Part shown: positions 45,862-59,975 of the stretch, piece by piece
How the letters are laid out: each line of letters opens with the position of its first letter
Position numbering within the stretch: position 1 is the first letter of the stretch
Assembly: GCF_009914755.1 (NCBI RefSeq)
Contig: NC_060929.1
From: the human T2T-CHM13v2.0 reference genome, Homo sapiens
Length of the DNA: 64,000 nt
Strand: one strand, 5' to 3'
Notes under the pieces: generated by a model
Told to the model about the DNA's origin: nothing
Databases searched by the model: none
What the model saw: the letters and a program-made list of their open reading frames with translations, nothing else
Translations under genes and position numbers: made by a program

Positions 45862-47457
45862 TAGTGCTGTCCCACAGACATTAAAAAAAAATTAGATTTT
45901 ATTTTTGTGGGTACATAGTAGGTGTATCTATTTTTGGGGTACATGAGATGCTTTGATACAGGCATGCAATGTGAAATAGGTACATCATGGGGAATAGGGT
46001 AACCATCCCCTCAAGCATTTCTCTTGTGAGTTACAAACAATCTGATTATACTCTTTAAGTTATTTAAAAATGGACAATTAAGTTATTATTGACTATAGTA
46101 AACCTATTATGCTATCAAATAGTAGGTCTTATTCATTCTATTTTTTTTTTTTTTGTAGCTGTTAACTACCTCCACCTCCCCCCAAGTCCCTCATTACCCT
46201 TCCTAGCCTCTGGAAACTATTCTTCTACTTTCTGTGTCCATGAGTTCAATTGTTTTGATTTTTAGATCCCACAAATAAGTGGGAACATGCAGTGTTTGCC
46301 TTTCTGTGCCTGGCTTATTTCACTTAGCATAATGCTCCCCAGTTCCATCCATGTTGCTGCAAATGACTAGATCTCCTTCTTTTTATGGTTGAATAGTACT
46401 CCTTTGTGTATATGTACCACATTTTCTTTATCCATTCACCTGTTGATGGACACTTAGATTGCTTTCAAACCTTAGGTATTGAAAGCAGTGCTGTAACAAA
46501 CACAGGAGTGCAGATATCTCTTTGATATACTGATTTCCTTTCTTTTGTGTGTATACCCAGCAGTATGATTGCTGGATCATATGATATCTCAGTTTTTATT
46601 TTTTTCAGGGGCCTCCAAACTATTCTCCAAAGTGGCTGTGCTCATTTACATTCCTACCAACAGTGTACACCGAAGATTCCCTTTTCTCCACATCCTCGCC
46701 AGCATTTGTTATTGCCTATCTTTTGAATATAAGCCATTTTAACTGGAATGAGATAATATCTCATTGCAGTTTTGATTTGCATTTCTCTGATGATCAGTGA
46801 TGTTGAGCACCTTTTCATATGTCTGCCATTTTTATGTCTTCTTTTGAGAAACGTCTATTCAAATCTTTTGACCATTTTTGATTGGATTATTAGACTTTTC
46901 CCTATAGAGTTATTTGAGCTCCTTATACATTCTGGCTCTTAATCCCTTGTCAGATAGGTAGTTTGCAGATATTTTCTCCCATTATGTGGGTTGTCTCTTC
47001 ACTTTGTTGATTGTATCCTTTGTTGTGCAGAAGCGTTTTAACTTGATGTGACCCCATTTGTCCATGTTTGCTTTGGTTTCCTATGCTTGTTTCCATACTC
47101 AAGAAATCTTTGCCCAGACCCAAGTCCTGGAGATTTTCAACACTTTTTTTTTTGTGGTAGTTTCATAGTTTGAATTCTTATATTTAAGTCTTTAATCATT
47201 TTGACTTTTATTTTTGTATATGGTGATACATAGGGGTCTAGTGTTATTCTTCCAGCAGAAGTTTCTTAGATGATGCAAATGCTCTGATGTGATTAGATTA
47301 CATTAGGAAATGATTTACTGTTCAATGTAGTATCCTCTAGCCCCATGTGGCCATTGAGCACGTAAGCTGTGGAGAGTGGATAGAATTATTCGACTTCAAT
47401 ACATTTAAATTTAAATAGCCACATGGAACTAATGGCTACTGTATTGGACAACACAGT
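45862..47457 (+). mobile_element. MER3-like hAT-Charlie MITE split by L1MA
   Basis: Left end tagtgctgtcc...; right part agatgatgcaaatg...ccatgtggccattgagcac...ggctactgtattggacaacacag. Confidence 0.75.
45883..47251 (-). mobile_element. L1MA1/2-like 3' fragment
   Basis: tttttgtgggtacatagtaggtg...gatacaggcatgcaatgtgaaata...gagttacaaacaatc. Confidence 0.92.
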
Positions 47458-47479
47458 TTGGTAGGAGAGGCAGACTTTA

Positions 47480-47797
<318 letters not shown>

Positions 47798-50700
47798 TCA
47801 GGACAGCCTCTACATGAGAAGAAGCCAGACTCATGAGAAGCTGAAGGAAGAGGATTGCAGGCAGAGGAAACAGCAAGTGAAAAGGCTGAGTCTGGGATTT
47901 CTCGGAAGTGCACTGAATGCGCTGACAGCTGTCCCTTTCCAGGCCCACATCGAGGCTGAAGGCTTCTACTTTGGGATGGCAAACTTTCTCATCTGGGGGG
48001 ATCTCTTCTGCCTGGGAGCATGCGTTAGGCTCAAGAGTGACCAAAACGACCCTGCTGAGATCTGCCCCAGGTGAGCTGCCGTCTCTTCTCTGCACAGCAG
48101 CTGGTGCGGTAGCTGACCTCATGTCCTAGTGCCTCCAGCCGCATTCTTTTAGTTTCTCATACCCTAGGTATACATAGGCAGCACAGTAGCTGTTTGCTGC
48201 CTAACCTAGTTTCTGCATGTAAACCTTTTCTGGTTTTTCTGGGGATATAACTTACTTCCACTCTTTGACTCTTTTGTTTAACCACATTCCAATGCCTGTA
48301 ACTTTCCTATCTTTCTACCTCCTTCACCCAATTTGTGTCCTCTCATTTGTTCTGCTCACCAGTTCGCAGACTCTTCTCCCTTCAGCATCTCCCACAAGGC
48401 ATATATGTGTTTCTATTTCTAGTGTTATCTGTCTACAGCACCACAAAGCACTTGAAATACAAGACAACATTTGATATTTGAGATATGGCTGGCCTTATTA
48501 TTATTATCTCTATCATAGTTATTATCATCACCATCATCCCAATTTTTATAGATGGGAAATAAAAATGAGGCCTAGGGAAATGCAGTGCTTTGCTTTAAGT
48601 CACCAGCTGGTAAATAGCCCAGCCACGATGTCTGACTTTGAATTCAATGCTTTTCCAAAATACTCTACCCATCATCCTCATCGTGTTACTTCAGCCTATT
48701 GAGCGGGTCAGTAGTTGAACTGCCTTTCAAGTTTGAGAACTTGAGGAACTCAAATAAATTGTTTCTTTTCCCTGTTTGAGAAGCCCTGTAGCTTCTCATT
48801 TTTCCGTGCTCACTCCTATGGCCAGAGTTAGTTACAAAGATATTGTATTCTGAATAATTAAGAACATGCTTTGTTATTTTCAAAAATTTTAACTGAAATT
48901 AAGATGCCAAAAATATTATCCTGGAGGATTCTAGCGTATCAAAGTATATTTTTTAATAGACTCCTTGAGCTTAAGAAATATTGACTTGTGTTTGTTTATT
49001 CTAGTTCACCATCCTGTTTAGAGAAGGCCAACCCTTGCTGCAGCAATCTTGACTAATACCTACCAGCCCCACTATCTCCTATTGTAAATGCAGTTTCCAG
49101 AATTTGGAAGAGAGAGTAGGTTCAGGGGGCTAAAGAAATCCTGTGGGAAAGGCAAAAACGGGCCTGTGTAGGTGAGGGCTTCTCAGTTTTTTGCTTTCAA
49201 AGCTGGGCTGTGACTGCTCTTTCTTGTCCACATCGGGAGCCTCTGGTTCACAGGAAGAGGGTTTAGGATCATATTAATCTGGGCTGTTGGGCCTTAGGTT
49301 GCAGACCTTAAGAATAAAACAAAATGTTTTATACATCTCTCCTAATTCTTTCATAAACATTGAAACTCAAAACCATCTTGGGAGGAAGGCACTCTCCTTT
49401 AAGCCCAAGAGGTGGTGCTTTGCATGGTTTACATGTGTGGCCTCTGTAATTCTGACCACCTGGATTTGAAGTCTGACTCTACCCCTTTGCCAGCTACATG
49501 ACCCTGGGCAAGCTCACCTTTCTGTGCCCCAGTACTGGCATTTAGCAGGTAGAGTTTTTCAATATTAAATGTAGTAATATATGTGAAATACACAAGTAGT
49601 TGACAAATGGCAGCTATGATTTTTATCATTCCTGAAAAAGTTATAGATGCTATACAGTGTAGGAATATCACAATCATTTCTTTTTTTCTGAATTGAATTA
49701 AATCCAGCATAAGCCCTCATTCACTAAGATTGGCAAAGATGTCCAATATTAGGCAATTGTATGGATCTTCTCGCCTCTTTGAATCCTATACCTACCTCCA
49801 GACTTAGCCTAGAAGATGGAGAAGGGCCTGGTCTTCAGTCTGTGCTAGTCCCACTGTTTGCCTGCCATGCTGAGAGCTGGGCCTTTCCCATCTGTCAGGC
49901 ATTGCCCTGGGGTCCTATCCCTGGCCCAAGGATTCCATGCTGCCATCCCCACTTGAGCCACTACCTTTCCCCATCACACTCTATCACATTCAACTGAAGT
50001 CCTGCTCTCTGTGACCATGGAATCCTAAAACCCCAATCTTGGACCCCCAAATGATCTCCTACATGATTAGCACCTTGACCTTCTCTAACTTCAAAACCAC
50101 ACAGCTGCCAATCCCTTCCTGTAGCGCAGGCAGCTTTATCCTCTTGATGAGACTCAACACACTCCAAACAGGCAGCAGAATGCCAAATTCTGCACATTTT
50201 ATTAGGAAGGTTATGGTAAATATTTGAACTTGAATCCTTTAAGACAGAAATTGGACTCCCCAGTTTGGGCCACAGGCTCGCTACAGAATTATCCAGAATA
50301 ATTGGCACATTTGTGTTATGACCCCTGTAGGTATTTTAGTTTTTAAATACTAGCATTAAGAAAGCCCTGAGTGGAGGTTTTCTTTAAGCTTCAGTGCTCT
50401 AGTTACCCTACATTCTCATGGTAATGCCTGTTTTTAGGTTTCAAGCCACATAAAAAAATTAATTACTTTCCAGGGCAGGGAGTCCAGAACTGCAAACACA
50501 AGGCCTGGTTATTTTTCTTATAAGAAGAAAAATAAATATTATCTCATTCTTGTGAATGGCACAGTGAAGGCATAGGACAGAGACACATATTATAAAATAA
50601 TTTCAATATTAAATTATAAAGCATCCTGATATGTTAATTTTTTACAGAAAAGAAGTCTGAATTATACATTAGTGACTTTCCCCAAATTCCCTGGTAAATA

Positions 50701-51494
50701 GCAGAGTTTTTAATCCCATATTGCCTCTCTTGGCTGCAGTAATTCTCCAGCAAATGAAGCCCTTAATGATAGATACTTCATTGCTTATAGAATTAATGAT
50801 AGACATTTTAGTTTGGGCTGTTAGAATCTTGGTACTGAGTTCTGTACCATTCTGTGCATGTCCAGAAAAGAAAACTTTTTTTCGCAGCATCAGGCAATTT
50901 ATATTTTAATAAGATTATAATAATTCTCTTTTCAGGTAACCCTGCATTGGTGGTTTCTTTTTTTTTTTCTCTCTCTCTTTACTCTTCTGATATTTCCACA
51001 GACAGTGATTATTATTGATCTTCTCTGTCACATGCGGATATTTTGTGGTGAGACTCTCAGATTTTTTTTTTTAACTAGAGAATTGTCATGCAGCTTGTAT
51101 AAATTTTCCATGCTGAATTCCATTAACCCCAAATCCAGGTATGTAAAAACACATTAATTTGTAAGAAGCAAGAAAATTGCATTTTAACTCAAAATCTAGG
51201 TCTGAACACCACTGAAATAAAATGTGCTTTAAAAATGAGTTGTTCAGTTGTATGTATGTATCTGGTAAATAACAGATGAGAATGCTTATAATCAGAAATA
51301 CGTATTACTTCCCTTCAAAATGTTTTATGGAGAAGACCTTTGATCTTTGTCGTTTGTTCTCTGTCTCTGCCTCATCTTTCCCTTTTTTATTCTTTCTACG
51401 AATGTGTCTTGATCATATTGTGAAGGTGCTAACAGATTTGAACTTGATTCTGTAGGTAATAAGGAGCCAGCCACTGTTTTAAAGCAAGGACATA

Positions 51495-52365
51495 TGACAT
51501 CACTAGTCATCAGGGAAATGCCAATTAAAACCACAATGCAATATCACATCGTATCTGTGAGAATGGCTATTATCAAAAAGACAAGATAAGTGTTGGTGAG
51601 GATGTGGGGAAAAGGAAACCCTTGCACACTATTCATGAAAATTAAGTTAGTACGGCTATTATGGAAAAGAATATGGAGGTTCCTTAAAGAATTAAAAATA
51701 GAACTACTATGTGACCCAACAATCTCACTTCTGCTTAATATATATCCAAAGGACGTGAAATCAGTAAGTGGAAGAGATATCTGCATTCCCATGTTTATTG
51801 TAGCACTATTCACAATAGCCAACATATAAAACCAACCTAGGTGTCCACCAATGAATAAATAAAGAAAATGTATTATACTGTATATACACAATGGAGTACT
51901 ATTAGCCTTAATAAGAAAGAAATCCTGTCATTTGCAACAACATGAAGCTAGAGGGCATTATGTTAAGTAAACCAGACTCATAAAGACAAAAACTGCAGTA
52001 TCTCACTTATATGTGGAGTGTGAAAAAGTCAAACAGAGAGTAGAATGGTGGTTATCAGAGGCTGTGGGGTGGGGAACTGGAAAGATATTGGTCAAAGGTC
52101 ACAAAATTTCAGTGAGATAGTAGAAATAAGTTCAAGAGATGCACTGTACATCAGGGTTACTTCTGTTAATCACAACATATTGTATATAGAAATTGCTAAG
52201 ACAGTAGATTTTAACTATTCTTAACAAAAAAATAAGTATATGTGTTCGTGCATGTGTTAAATAGCTTGATTTAGCTATCTCACAATGTATACATCTATCA
52301 AAACATCATGTTGTATACATCACTATATGCTATTTTTATTTGTCAATTAAAAATAAAGAAAATAA
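51495..52365 (+). mobile_element. L1MA6/7-like 3' fragment inserted in an L2
   Basis: catcagggaaatg...aaaaccacaatg; ggtcaaagg...aaatttcagt...aagttcaagaga; ends ttgtcaattaaaaataaa; degenerate TSD starting aaagca. Confidence 0.88.
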
Positions 52366-53559
52366 AGCAGAGGCATAATATGATAATGTCCTCTTCTTAG
52401 GATTGCAATAATATCAATGGCAAACAAACTAGGACTGTTGATTCTCTAGGCTTGGGGACTGGTACCAAGGATAAGAGAAGGGAATAAGGGCAGACATATG
52501 AAGAAACCGCAGGTGATAGGACATTGTGAGGTTCATTCATATTGAATACGAAGTGGGGATGTACTGGCAGAGAATGATAACTGAATGAATACTAGGGAAT
52601 AAATGGTGTCAGCTAATACTCCTCCCACCCCAAACACTGGTGACACACAAACTCTGTCTCTGGTTCTCTCCCCTGAAACTGGTGCTACTTGGAAAAGAGT
52701 TTCATTCCAGCTTGTCTGCCCTGGAACTCTTTGTTCTCTGGTTTCCGTGGTTGCAGAATCTAGCAAATTGAACACAGTTCCTACAGAGCACTGAATTGTG
52801 GATGTTAAAATTTACGATGGAGCAATTTGGTTGTGCCCTGTTCCTGAAGAAATGGAGACACTTAATTTTTCACGTGCTTCAGTGGCAGCCACTTGTTATG
52901 ACTTCAGATCAAAAGGTGGTGCAAAGTTAGTTTTGAATTATTTTAACATGTGAAGTCAGAACATTGAGATGATTTATGAAAACAAATGATCTGAGTTGGC
53001 ACTAATGGGTTTTGAGACTCATTTTTCAGCCATTTATTTTTAATCTCTCTGAATATCTTCGGCTCTGCTGATACCAACACTCACTTCTGAAGCCAACAAG
53101 CCGTCTGCTTATAAATACTGAATCAACTGGTAAATCACATTTAATTTGATTTTGTTCATTCCACTCAGCTTCTAAGAAGGTAACATGCCTTTTAGGCTGC
53201 ACAGACCTTGGTAATCTAAATAGGAACAGACCTGACAAAATCTTAATTAGATGCAGACCAGGGCTAACGTTTGCCACCTGCTGCTGCCAAACTTGTAGGA
53301 ACCTTTGGAAATAGTGTTGTTCCCAAGGGGCCCTACCCAGACACTGGTGCATTCTGGGGGAAGTAGGGCCTCATGAGCACATTTCCTTTTGAGAAATCTT
53401 ACAATAAATTCCTTACATGGGTCTCCTTTGTGTTGCTGCTCATTCTTCTGTGTGGGGAATACTCTGGCTAATCACAGGTGAACATAGACACGATTTTCCA
53501 GGTACATTTATACTATTTCTCTGATCAAGGGAGTGGAGCTGGAAGAAGTGAAAGAGAAG

Positions 53560-53800
53560 CAGTACAGTGGTTAAAGATGAACTCTGAGGTGGCAGAGATG
53601 GGTCAGATTCCTACCACTGCTTTAAACCAGCTATAGACTCAGCCTAATTTTTAATCTTCAAGCCTCATTATCTTTACTTATAAATTGAGCTTAATATACT
53701 GAATTTATTTTATGTCATTATTGTAAAAGTTAAAATAATGTATATAAAGTGCTTAGGCAGTTCCTCACATATTATAAGCACTCTATAATAATGTACATAT
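53560..53800 (+). mobile_element. MIR SINE
   Basis: cagtggttaaagatgaactctg...gtatataaagtgcttagg. Confidence 0.7.
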
Positions 53801-55109
53801 TATCATGTATTCCTGTCCATGTGAAGATATTTGAGAGGTGACAGAAGGCTCTCTACTTCCAACATTTCTTGTTAGTGCTATTTTAACAATAAAGAGCTTT
53901 CCTAAGTTTAAGGAACTAGCATTTAATTATACTGAGTGACATGCAAATATATGCAAATAATGAATTTCTATAGGTAGATACACATTCCTGAGACTGACTT
54001 TATTTGAATATAACATGGAATCGCAAAAAGGGGTTTAAAACTTATCAACTCTGGTGTTTTATTTTTTTTTAAGTCACAAAATCGATGTTTGCTGACAGGT
54101 ATACATATCTTTTTCATTTGAACTCACCCTCAATTCCAAGACTTATATATCACTAAGAGTTTTTTGAAGAGAGAACAAAGAAACATTTCACTGGATGCAT
54201 ATTTTGATTATAAGGTAAATTCTGATTTCATAAACATTAAAATGTGGGGTGAAATCAACTTATAATTGAGAAATGATCTGCCTGCTTAGAAATACTGGTA
54301 TTTAGTAGATAATAAAAATATGTACCATAAACATGATTCTACAACTCTAAAAAAATTTTGTAACTTGCTTTTATCACTTAATATATCATAGACTTTTGTT
54401 CAATTCAATATATATATATAGATCTACCCAACTATAAGAACTACTACTGATAAGTTTATTATATATGTGTACCATGTTGATATGATCATTCTCTTATTAA
54501 TATTGTTCAATAGGTATTTTAAGCTTTATTGCCATGGACTCCTTTGAGAATCTGTAGACCTTTTCCCAAAACCATTTTCAAAAATCCAAGATTTGTATAC
54601 ATTTTCAACGACTTCGTATTACCCCTGGGGTTCACCCCTAGACCCTTCCACCCTCTGGCCAGCCTAAGATCCTTAGAACCTCCACCTATGGCCAGCCCAA
54701 GATCCTTAGAGCCTCTAAACTCTGCAATTATTATCTGCCATAAAGAAACACACATGGAAACAATAATAAACTGTAAAACAGAGCTTTATTTTATGTTGAA
54801 ATTAAGATCTTAGTTCTAAACATTCCGACTGCAAAATTCTGAATACATTTATTGAATAAATGATATGTCATTTTTGAGGGTTCCTGCTTTGCTGAGCCTG
54901 AGCATGTGTTCAGTCTATCTATTCGTTAATATAAAAATAAACTTTATGTGTTAACTAGAAAGCAAAGTCAGTTGCTAAGTGAATTTCATATGAGACATAC
55001 AAATCAGTATAGACTGCTATTCTAGGGTTTAACTTTCAAATTTTCATTTAGAGTGTCATGTATTTGAAGATATCATTAATAATAGGTAACATTTATTTGA
55101 TGGCATTAT

Positions 55110-55330
55110 AGCTAATAATAGCTAACATTTATGGAGAACTTGATATGTGTTAGACCCTTTACTAAGTACTTTAAATGCCTTGTCTTATTTGGTCTTCACA
55201 ACATCCCCAGGAGGTGGGTGATTTTATCAACCTAATTTTACAAATGGAGGAACTGAATTTTATAGAGATGAAACAAGTTACCCAAAGTCAGACATCTAGA
55301 ACATTCTGGAGCTGGGAAACAGACCTACTA
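55110..55330 (-). mobile_element. MIR SINE
   Basis: atagctaacatttat...attttacaaatggaggaactga. Confidence 0.75.
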
Positions 55331-58034
55331 CCGCCATGTTTACGGCTTGCCCTCCAGTCATTATACAGATAGGAATTTTCAGATGACAACAATATCAACC
55401 TTTTTTTTTGAGATTTAGTTATCAAGTTAGCTGCTCTCCATATGGCCTTAACTTTGCAGATTAAAACAAAAATATGAACAGCATCAAAAAAGAAAAATAA
55501 ATTCCAAAATTTATCTTCTTGCTTTTAAGTTCAGAGACCTTCAGAAGGAATATTCAGAAGACAGCAATTTACATTTGAGGGATGTCAAATCTCTGAACTC
55601 TCAAACTAAATTTTGATGTTAGGAAAGGTGAAACTTCTGGAGGAGTACCACCCATTGGGAAGAGACAGAGACAGGTAGTGGGAACATGGTGGGCTAGCCT
55701 GAAGACCCTGCCTTGCATAGAGTGTCTCTCACCTCTGTGGGCCTTAGTTTACTTCCGTAAAATGGCAGGCAGGGAGAAAATCCAATATCCACTCATAGTT
55801 CTCAAACTCATATCTCCTCCTACTTATCATTTCTTTTTCTTTTCTTTTTTTAGCCTACCATTTTACAGATAGTTTCTGACAGTTGGTCCTTCATCGCCAA
55901 TCTCCACTCTGCTTCTCCCTTTGTTTTCTTCCACATTTGTTCAAGGCATTCTCAGGGATGTGTTAGGAAGACACCAGGCTGATTTCTGGCTCGCTTTTTC
56001 ATTTGTTCTATCTACTCCCCTTGCTCAGAATGTCCTTTTCGCTCCATTCTTGCTATAAAAATCCTATCTATTCTTGTAAATCAGCTAAAGTCTAGTTAGG
56101 TCAACCCATTTGGGAGAAATATCTGTGTAGCTTCTGAGATATTGAAAGGAGAAATTTTAGCCCTTGTTGACCTCCCTTCTCTGGAGCTTGTAGAACACAA
56201 TTAAGCTGAATTCTACTGAGTTTATTGCACTCCTGTTTCATATGTGATTGTCTTATTCCTAAGAAGATTACAAAATTGTTAAGCCAGGGCCATGTTTTGT
56301 TCTTATAACACCCACATAACATGGTTAGAAGCTACGACGGTCTCACTCAATGAAATATACATGCCTGGCTATGTTTATTTTACACTGTCCATATTTTAGC
56401 TTTTATACCTTTATGTCTCATATGAGAAGTTCGAAAAAGATCTCTCTGAATATACAACTCAGGAAATTTTAAGGAGTATGCTTTTTCTCTGAGTAAGTGT
56501 GTGTCCGTGTACATATATAAGTATATACAGGTTGAAAAGCCACTCATTCAAACAAACCTTTAATCTCCTTTGTATATTTGCAATATAACAAATGGTCTTC
56601 AGTTTTTTTTCATGAAACCCATCTAAATTTCATTGTGCAAGGAGAAAAAGAAGACAAGGGGGCAACCATTCAGAAAGATTCTGAAAGGTCAGTTTCAGAA
56701 TTTTCACTTGAATTTCAGTGCTGGGTTTACTGCCCATTGGAAGAAGGGGTCCAGTTCCTAATGTGTGTTTGTCTGCATCCCAGGAGTTTTTATTTACTTA
56801 AGCTGCTTTCTTTGCTAATGGTGATTCATTTAGCTTAATCCTTGTCAAACCACTGGAGATATAATTGAAATGTAAATTTTCTTCCTTTATTCCTCTTTTA
56901 CCTGTGGGGAGAAAGGCTGGGAAAGGACAACATAGTTTCTCCCCAACACCTAATGCTGAAAACAAACAAGACAATAAGCTCCCCTCCCGCTTTTCCCCTT
57001 CCTTTCCTTCCTTTTCATGCCTTTCTCTCCATTCCCTTCCCTTCTTTTCCCCTCTCTTGTCTTCATTTTCTTTTCTTTATTTTATTAATAAGGCACACAG
57101 TCACATTTCTTGTATATTAAATAACTCAGATCAAAGAGATTAGGTAACAGCCTTTGGCATTTGATTTAAGCTCTCAGTGGCTTTTCCATTTCATGGAAAC
57201 AGTAATACTTAGAAGTTTACTGCACTTTGAGTATCCCTTGGCCCTTTGAACCTAAGGAAAAGGATCCCTGGATTAGGAGATGAGTTACTCTTATAGGTTA
57301 CAACTTCTTATACTCTTATAGGTTGCCAACTTCAGCTTTGCCCATGTAAGGAAAAAAGAGGTACGTCACAAGGCTGCCAGTCACTTATGAGTTTTCAGGG
57401 TGTTCCCTGCTTAATGGCATTCAGCTGAAGAGTTAAAAAGGGAGGAAATCCAGCCTATTGCTCCATGTGCAGCCACTGCTTCCTAGTAGGAGGGCATGGA
57501 AACCAAGTCAGGTAGGGGTGAGACCTTTACCTTTCTATAGCTCTAGAGCAATTCCTGCTCATCTGGGTGTTGCTCCAGAATATAATCTTAGGCGATGTAG
57601 GATCAGAATCAATGAGCCTTTCTTGAAATCTGGAGTCTTCTGGGATGAATTGTAACAGGGAAAAAAGGTATAAAATAAAACACTCTAGCCATCAAAGATA
57701 TTGAATATGCCTGGTGCCTGGTGCTATAGTAGAGTCTGGGCAGACAGAGATAAATTAAATATAACCAAGGTATGCTCTCTCCAGAAACTCACAGCTCAGT
57801 GGATGGTGCAATAACTGATGAATAGAAGACTGTCTAAAGAACTTCACAGAGGACATAATATTTGAGCTGAACCTCAAAGAATAGGCAGGAGTTTGCTAGG
57901 TGGAGAAAGAGGTGAAGGAAAATATTACAGCTTTAACTTTTCAAGTATGCACAATTCTCTGTATTTCCCTTTGTCTAACTTCCTAGGAAAGGTATTATTT
58001 TCTAGGAAGGTCTTTTGAGCCAAAGCCCTCCTTG

Positions 58035-58510
58035 TTAAAGTGTGCTCCAAGAACACCTGCTCACCTGCTCAGAATCACATAGAATGCTTTTAATTAATTA
58101 ATTTTTATTTATTTATTTATGTTTTTAGAGATAGGGTCTTGCTCTGCCACACAGGCTGGAGCACAGTGGTGCAATCATAGTTCACTGCAGCCTTGAAGTC
58201 TTGGGTTCAAGTGTTCCTCTTCTCTCAGCCTCTAGAGTAGCTGGGACTACAGGCATATGGCACCACACCCGGCTAATTTTTTTTTTTTTTTTTTTTTTTT
58301 GTAGAGACGAGATCTCACTGTGTTGTTCAGCCTGGCCTCAAATTCCTGATGTTAAATGATCCTGCAGCCTTGGCCTCCCAAAGTGCTGGGATTATAGGCA
58401 TGAGCCACTTTGCCTGACCGCCTAGGCTGTGTTTTAAAATGCAGAGGCTTAGGCCCTGTTGAAGACCAACTAAAATGGAATTTATAGGGATTGGACATAG
58501 GCATTTGCAG
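58035..58510. mobile_element. MER5-like MITE split by AluJ
   Basis: aaagtgtgctcc...cagaatcac before the Alu and ttaaaatgcagag...ggccctg...agacc after it. Confidence 0.6.
58088..58419 (-). mobile_element. AluJ with expanded T24 middle linker
   Basis: gagatagggtcttgctctg, cactgcagccttga, gtagagacga; T run at 58277-58300. Confidence 0.93.
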
Positions 58511-58795
58511 AAACACAAAGGTGGTGAGAGGTTTAAGCTATTTCCATTTTTTAAAGCTATTGTCATATTGAAATTGAGGAAATGCCACCAACAGAGGAAA
58601 CAAAACTGACTTTTAATGTGCTTATATTTATTGAACTCATATATTTATTGAATGATAGTATATGGAATTTCAGTTGGTGATAGTTCAAAGTTAACATTCG
58701 AGGCCTTTTGTAAAGGTAAGATCCTGGGGCAGAAGGTACACTAAATGTCTGCTCCTCTTCCCCATTGGCCCTGTTAGTAAATTCCACAAAAGTAC

Positions 58796-59145
58796 TGTCT
58801 CAGTCCTTTCAGGCTACCAAACCACAATGCCACAAACTGGGGGCTTATAAATGCATAAATTAATTTCTCACAGTTTGGGAGGATGGGAAGTCCAAGATCA
58901 AGGTGCCAGCAGATTTGATGTTTGGTGAAGACCTACTGACTGGTTCATAGAAGGCTGTCTTCTCACTGCACCCTCAGATGGTAGAAGGAACTAATGAGCT
59001 CCTTTGGGCCTCTTTTATAAAGTCACTAATCCCTTTCATGAGAACTCTGCCTCCCATAGGCCCTACCTCCCAGTTCTGTCACCTTGAGGGCCAGGATTTC
59101 CCCATATGAGTATAGGGGGTGGATATAAACTATCTGACCATAACA
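58796..59145 (-). mobile_element. MLT1A-like solo LTR
   Basis: gggaagtccaagatcaaggtgccagcagattt...cttttataaagtcactaatccc...accataaca. Confidence 0.85.
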
Positions 59146-59761
59146 GGTGTCCTGTGCAGCTTATCAAATACTAATCTGCAGACCCACATTTGGGACTTGC
59201 TGTCTAGCTGCCTACTCTGAGTACACAGAGGGCACTGAGGCTCAGAAGGTTCAGAAAGTTGCCACTCCCTTATTTTTCAAATGAGAAAAGACTGACGACG
59301 CAGTCATACCCAATACATACTTACTGCATCGGAAATTACATTTCTCCAGGTGCCTACTGTGCCCTGTCTCTATAGGACTGATTATAAATGGAACAGCCTC
59401 CCAGAATGTTTCTCACAGTTTAGGTTACAAGTTCTGTTCATTATAAACACTTCAGAATGTTTTCTGTAGAATCATTTCCACTCAACACTTGTCAGATAGT
59501 GGCATGAAGTGGTAGAAACTCTTCAGTGGAGCCAAATTGTCCTAAGTAGGTCATCATTAACCCTCTCTTTTGAAGAGAATGGCCATATCAGTCATGAATT
59601 AAAGTCACAGACAGATTGAAAGGGGAGTTTTGGGGATTTTTACATTGCACTGCCATTGCTTCTTATTATACTAATAAGAAGTTTGCTGTGTGTGTTATCA
59701 CAGTAAGTTATAACTGCTTTTTAATCCGTTACATGCAATTTTCATGCTTCTATCTCTAGAA

Positions 59762-59975
59762 CAATGATTTCAAGTGGGGGCAATATGACCCCTCCAACAC
59801 TTGGCAGTATCTGGAGACATTTTTGGTTGTCATAACTGGGGATGGGGTGCTATTAGCATCTAGTAGGCAGAAGCCAGGGATGCGGCTAACCATGCTACCT
59901 TGCACCTTACAACCTCCAATGACAAAGAATTGTTTGGCCCCAAATGTCAATAGGGCCAAAGCTAAAAAAACCCTG
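59762..59975 (+). mobile_element. MER20 hAT-Charlie MITE
   Basis: tctggagacatttttggttgtca...gccagggatgc...ggccccaaatgtcaatag...aaaccctg; 8-bp TSD ctctagaa / atatagaa. Confidence 0.9.
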
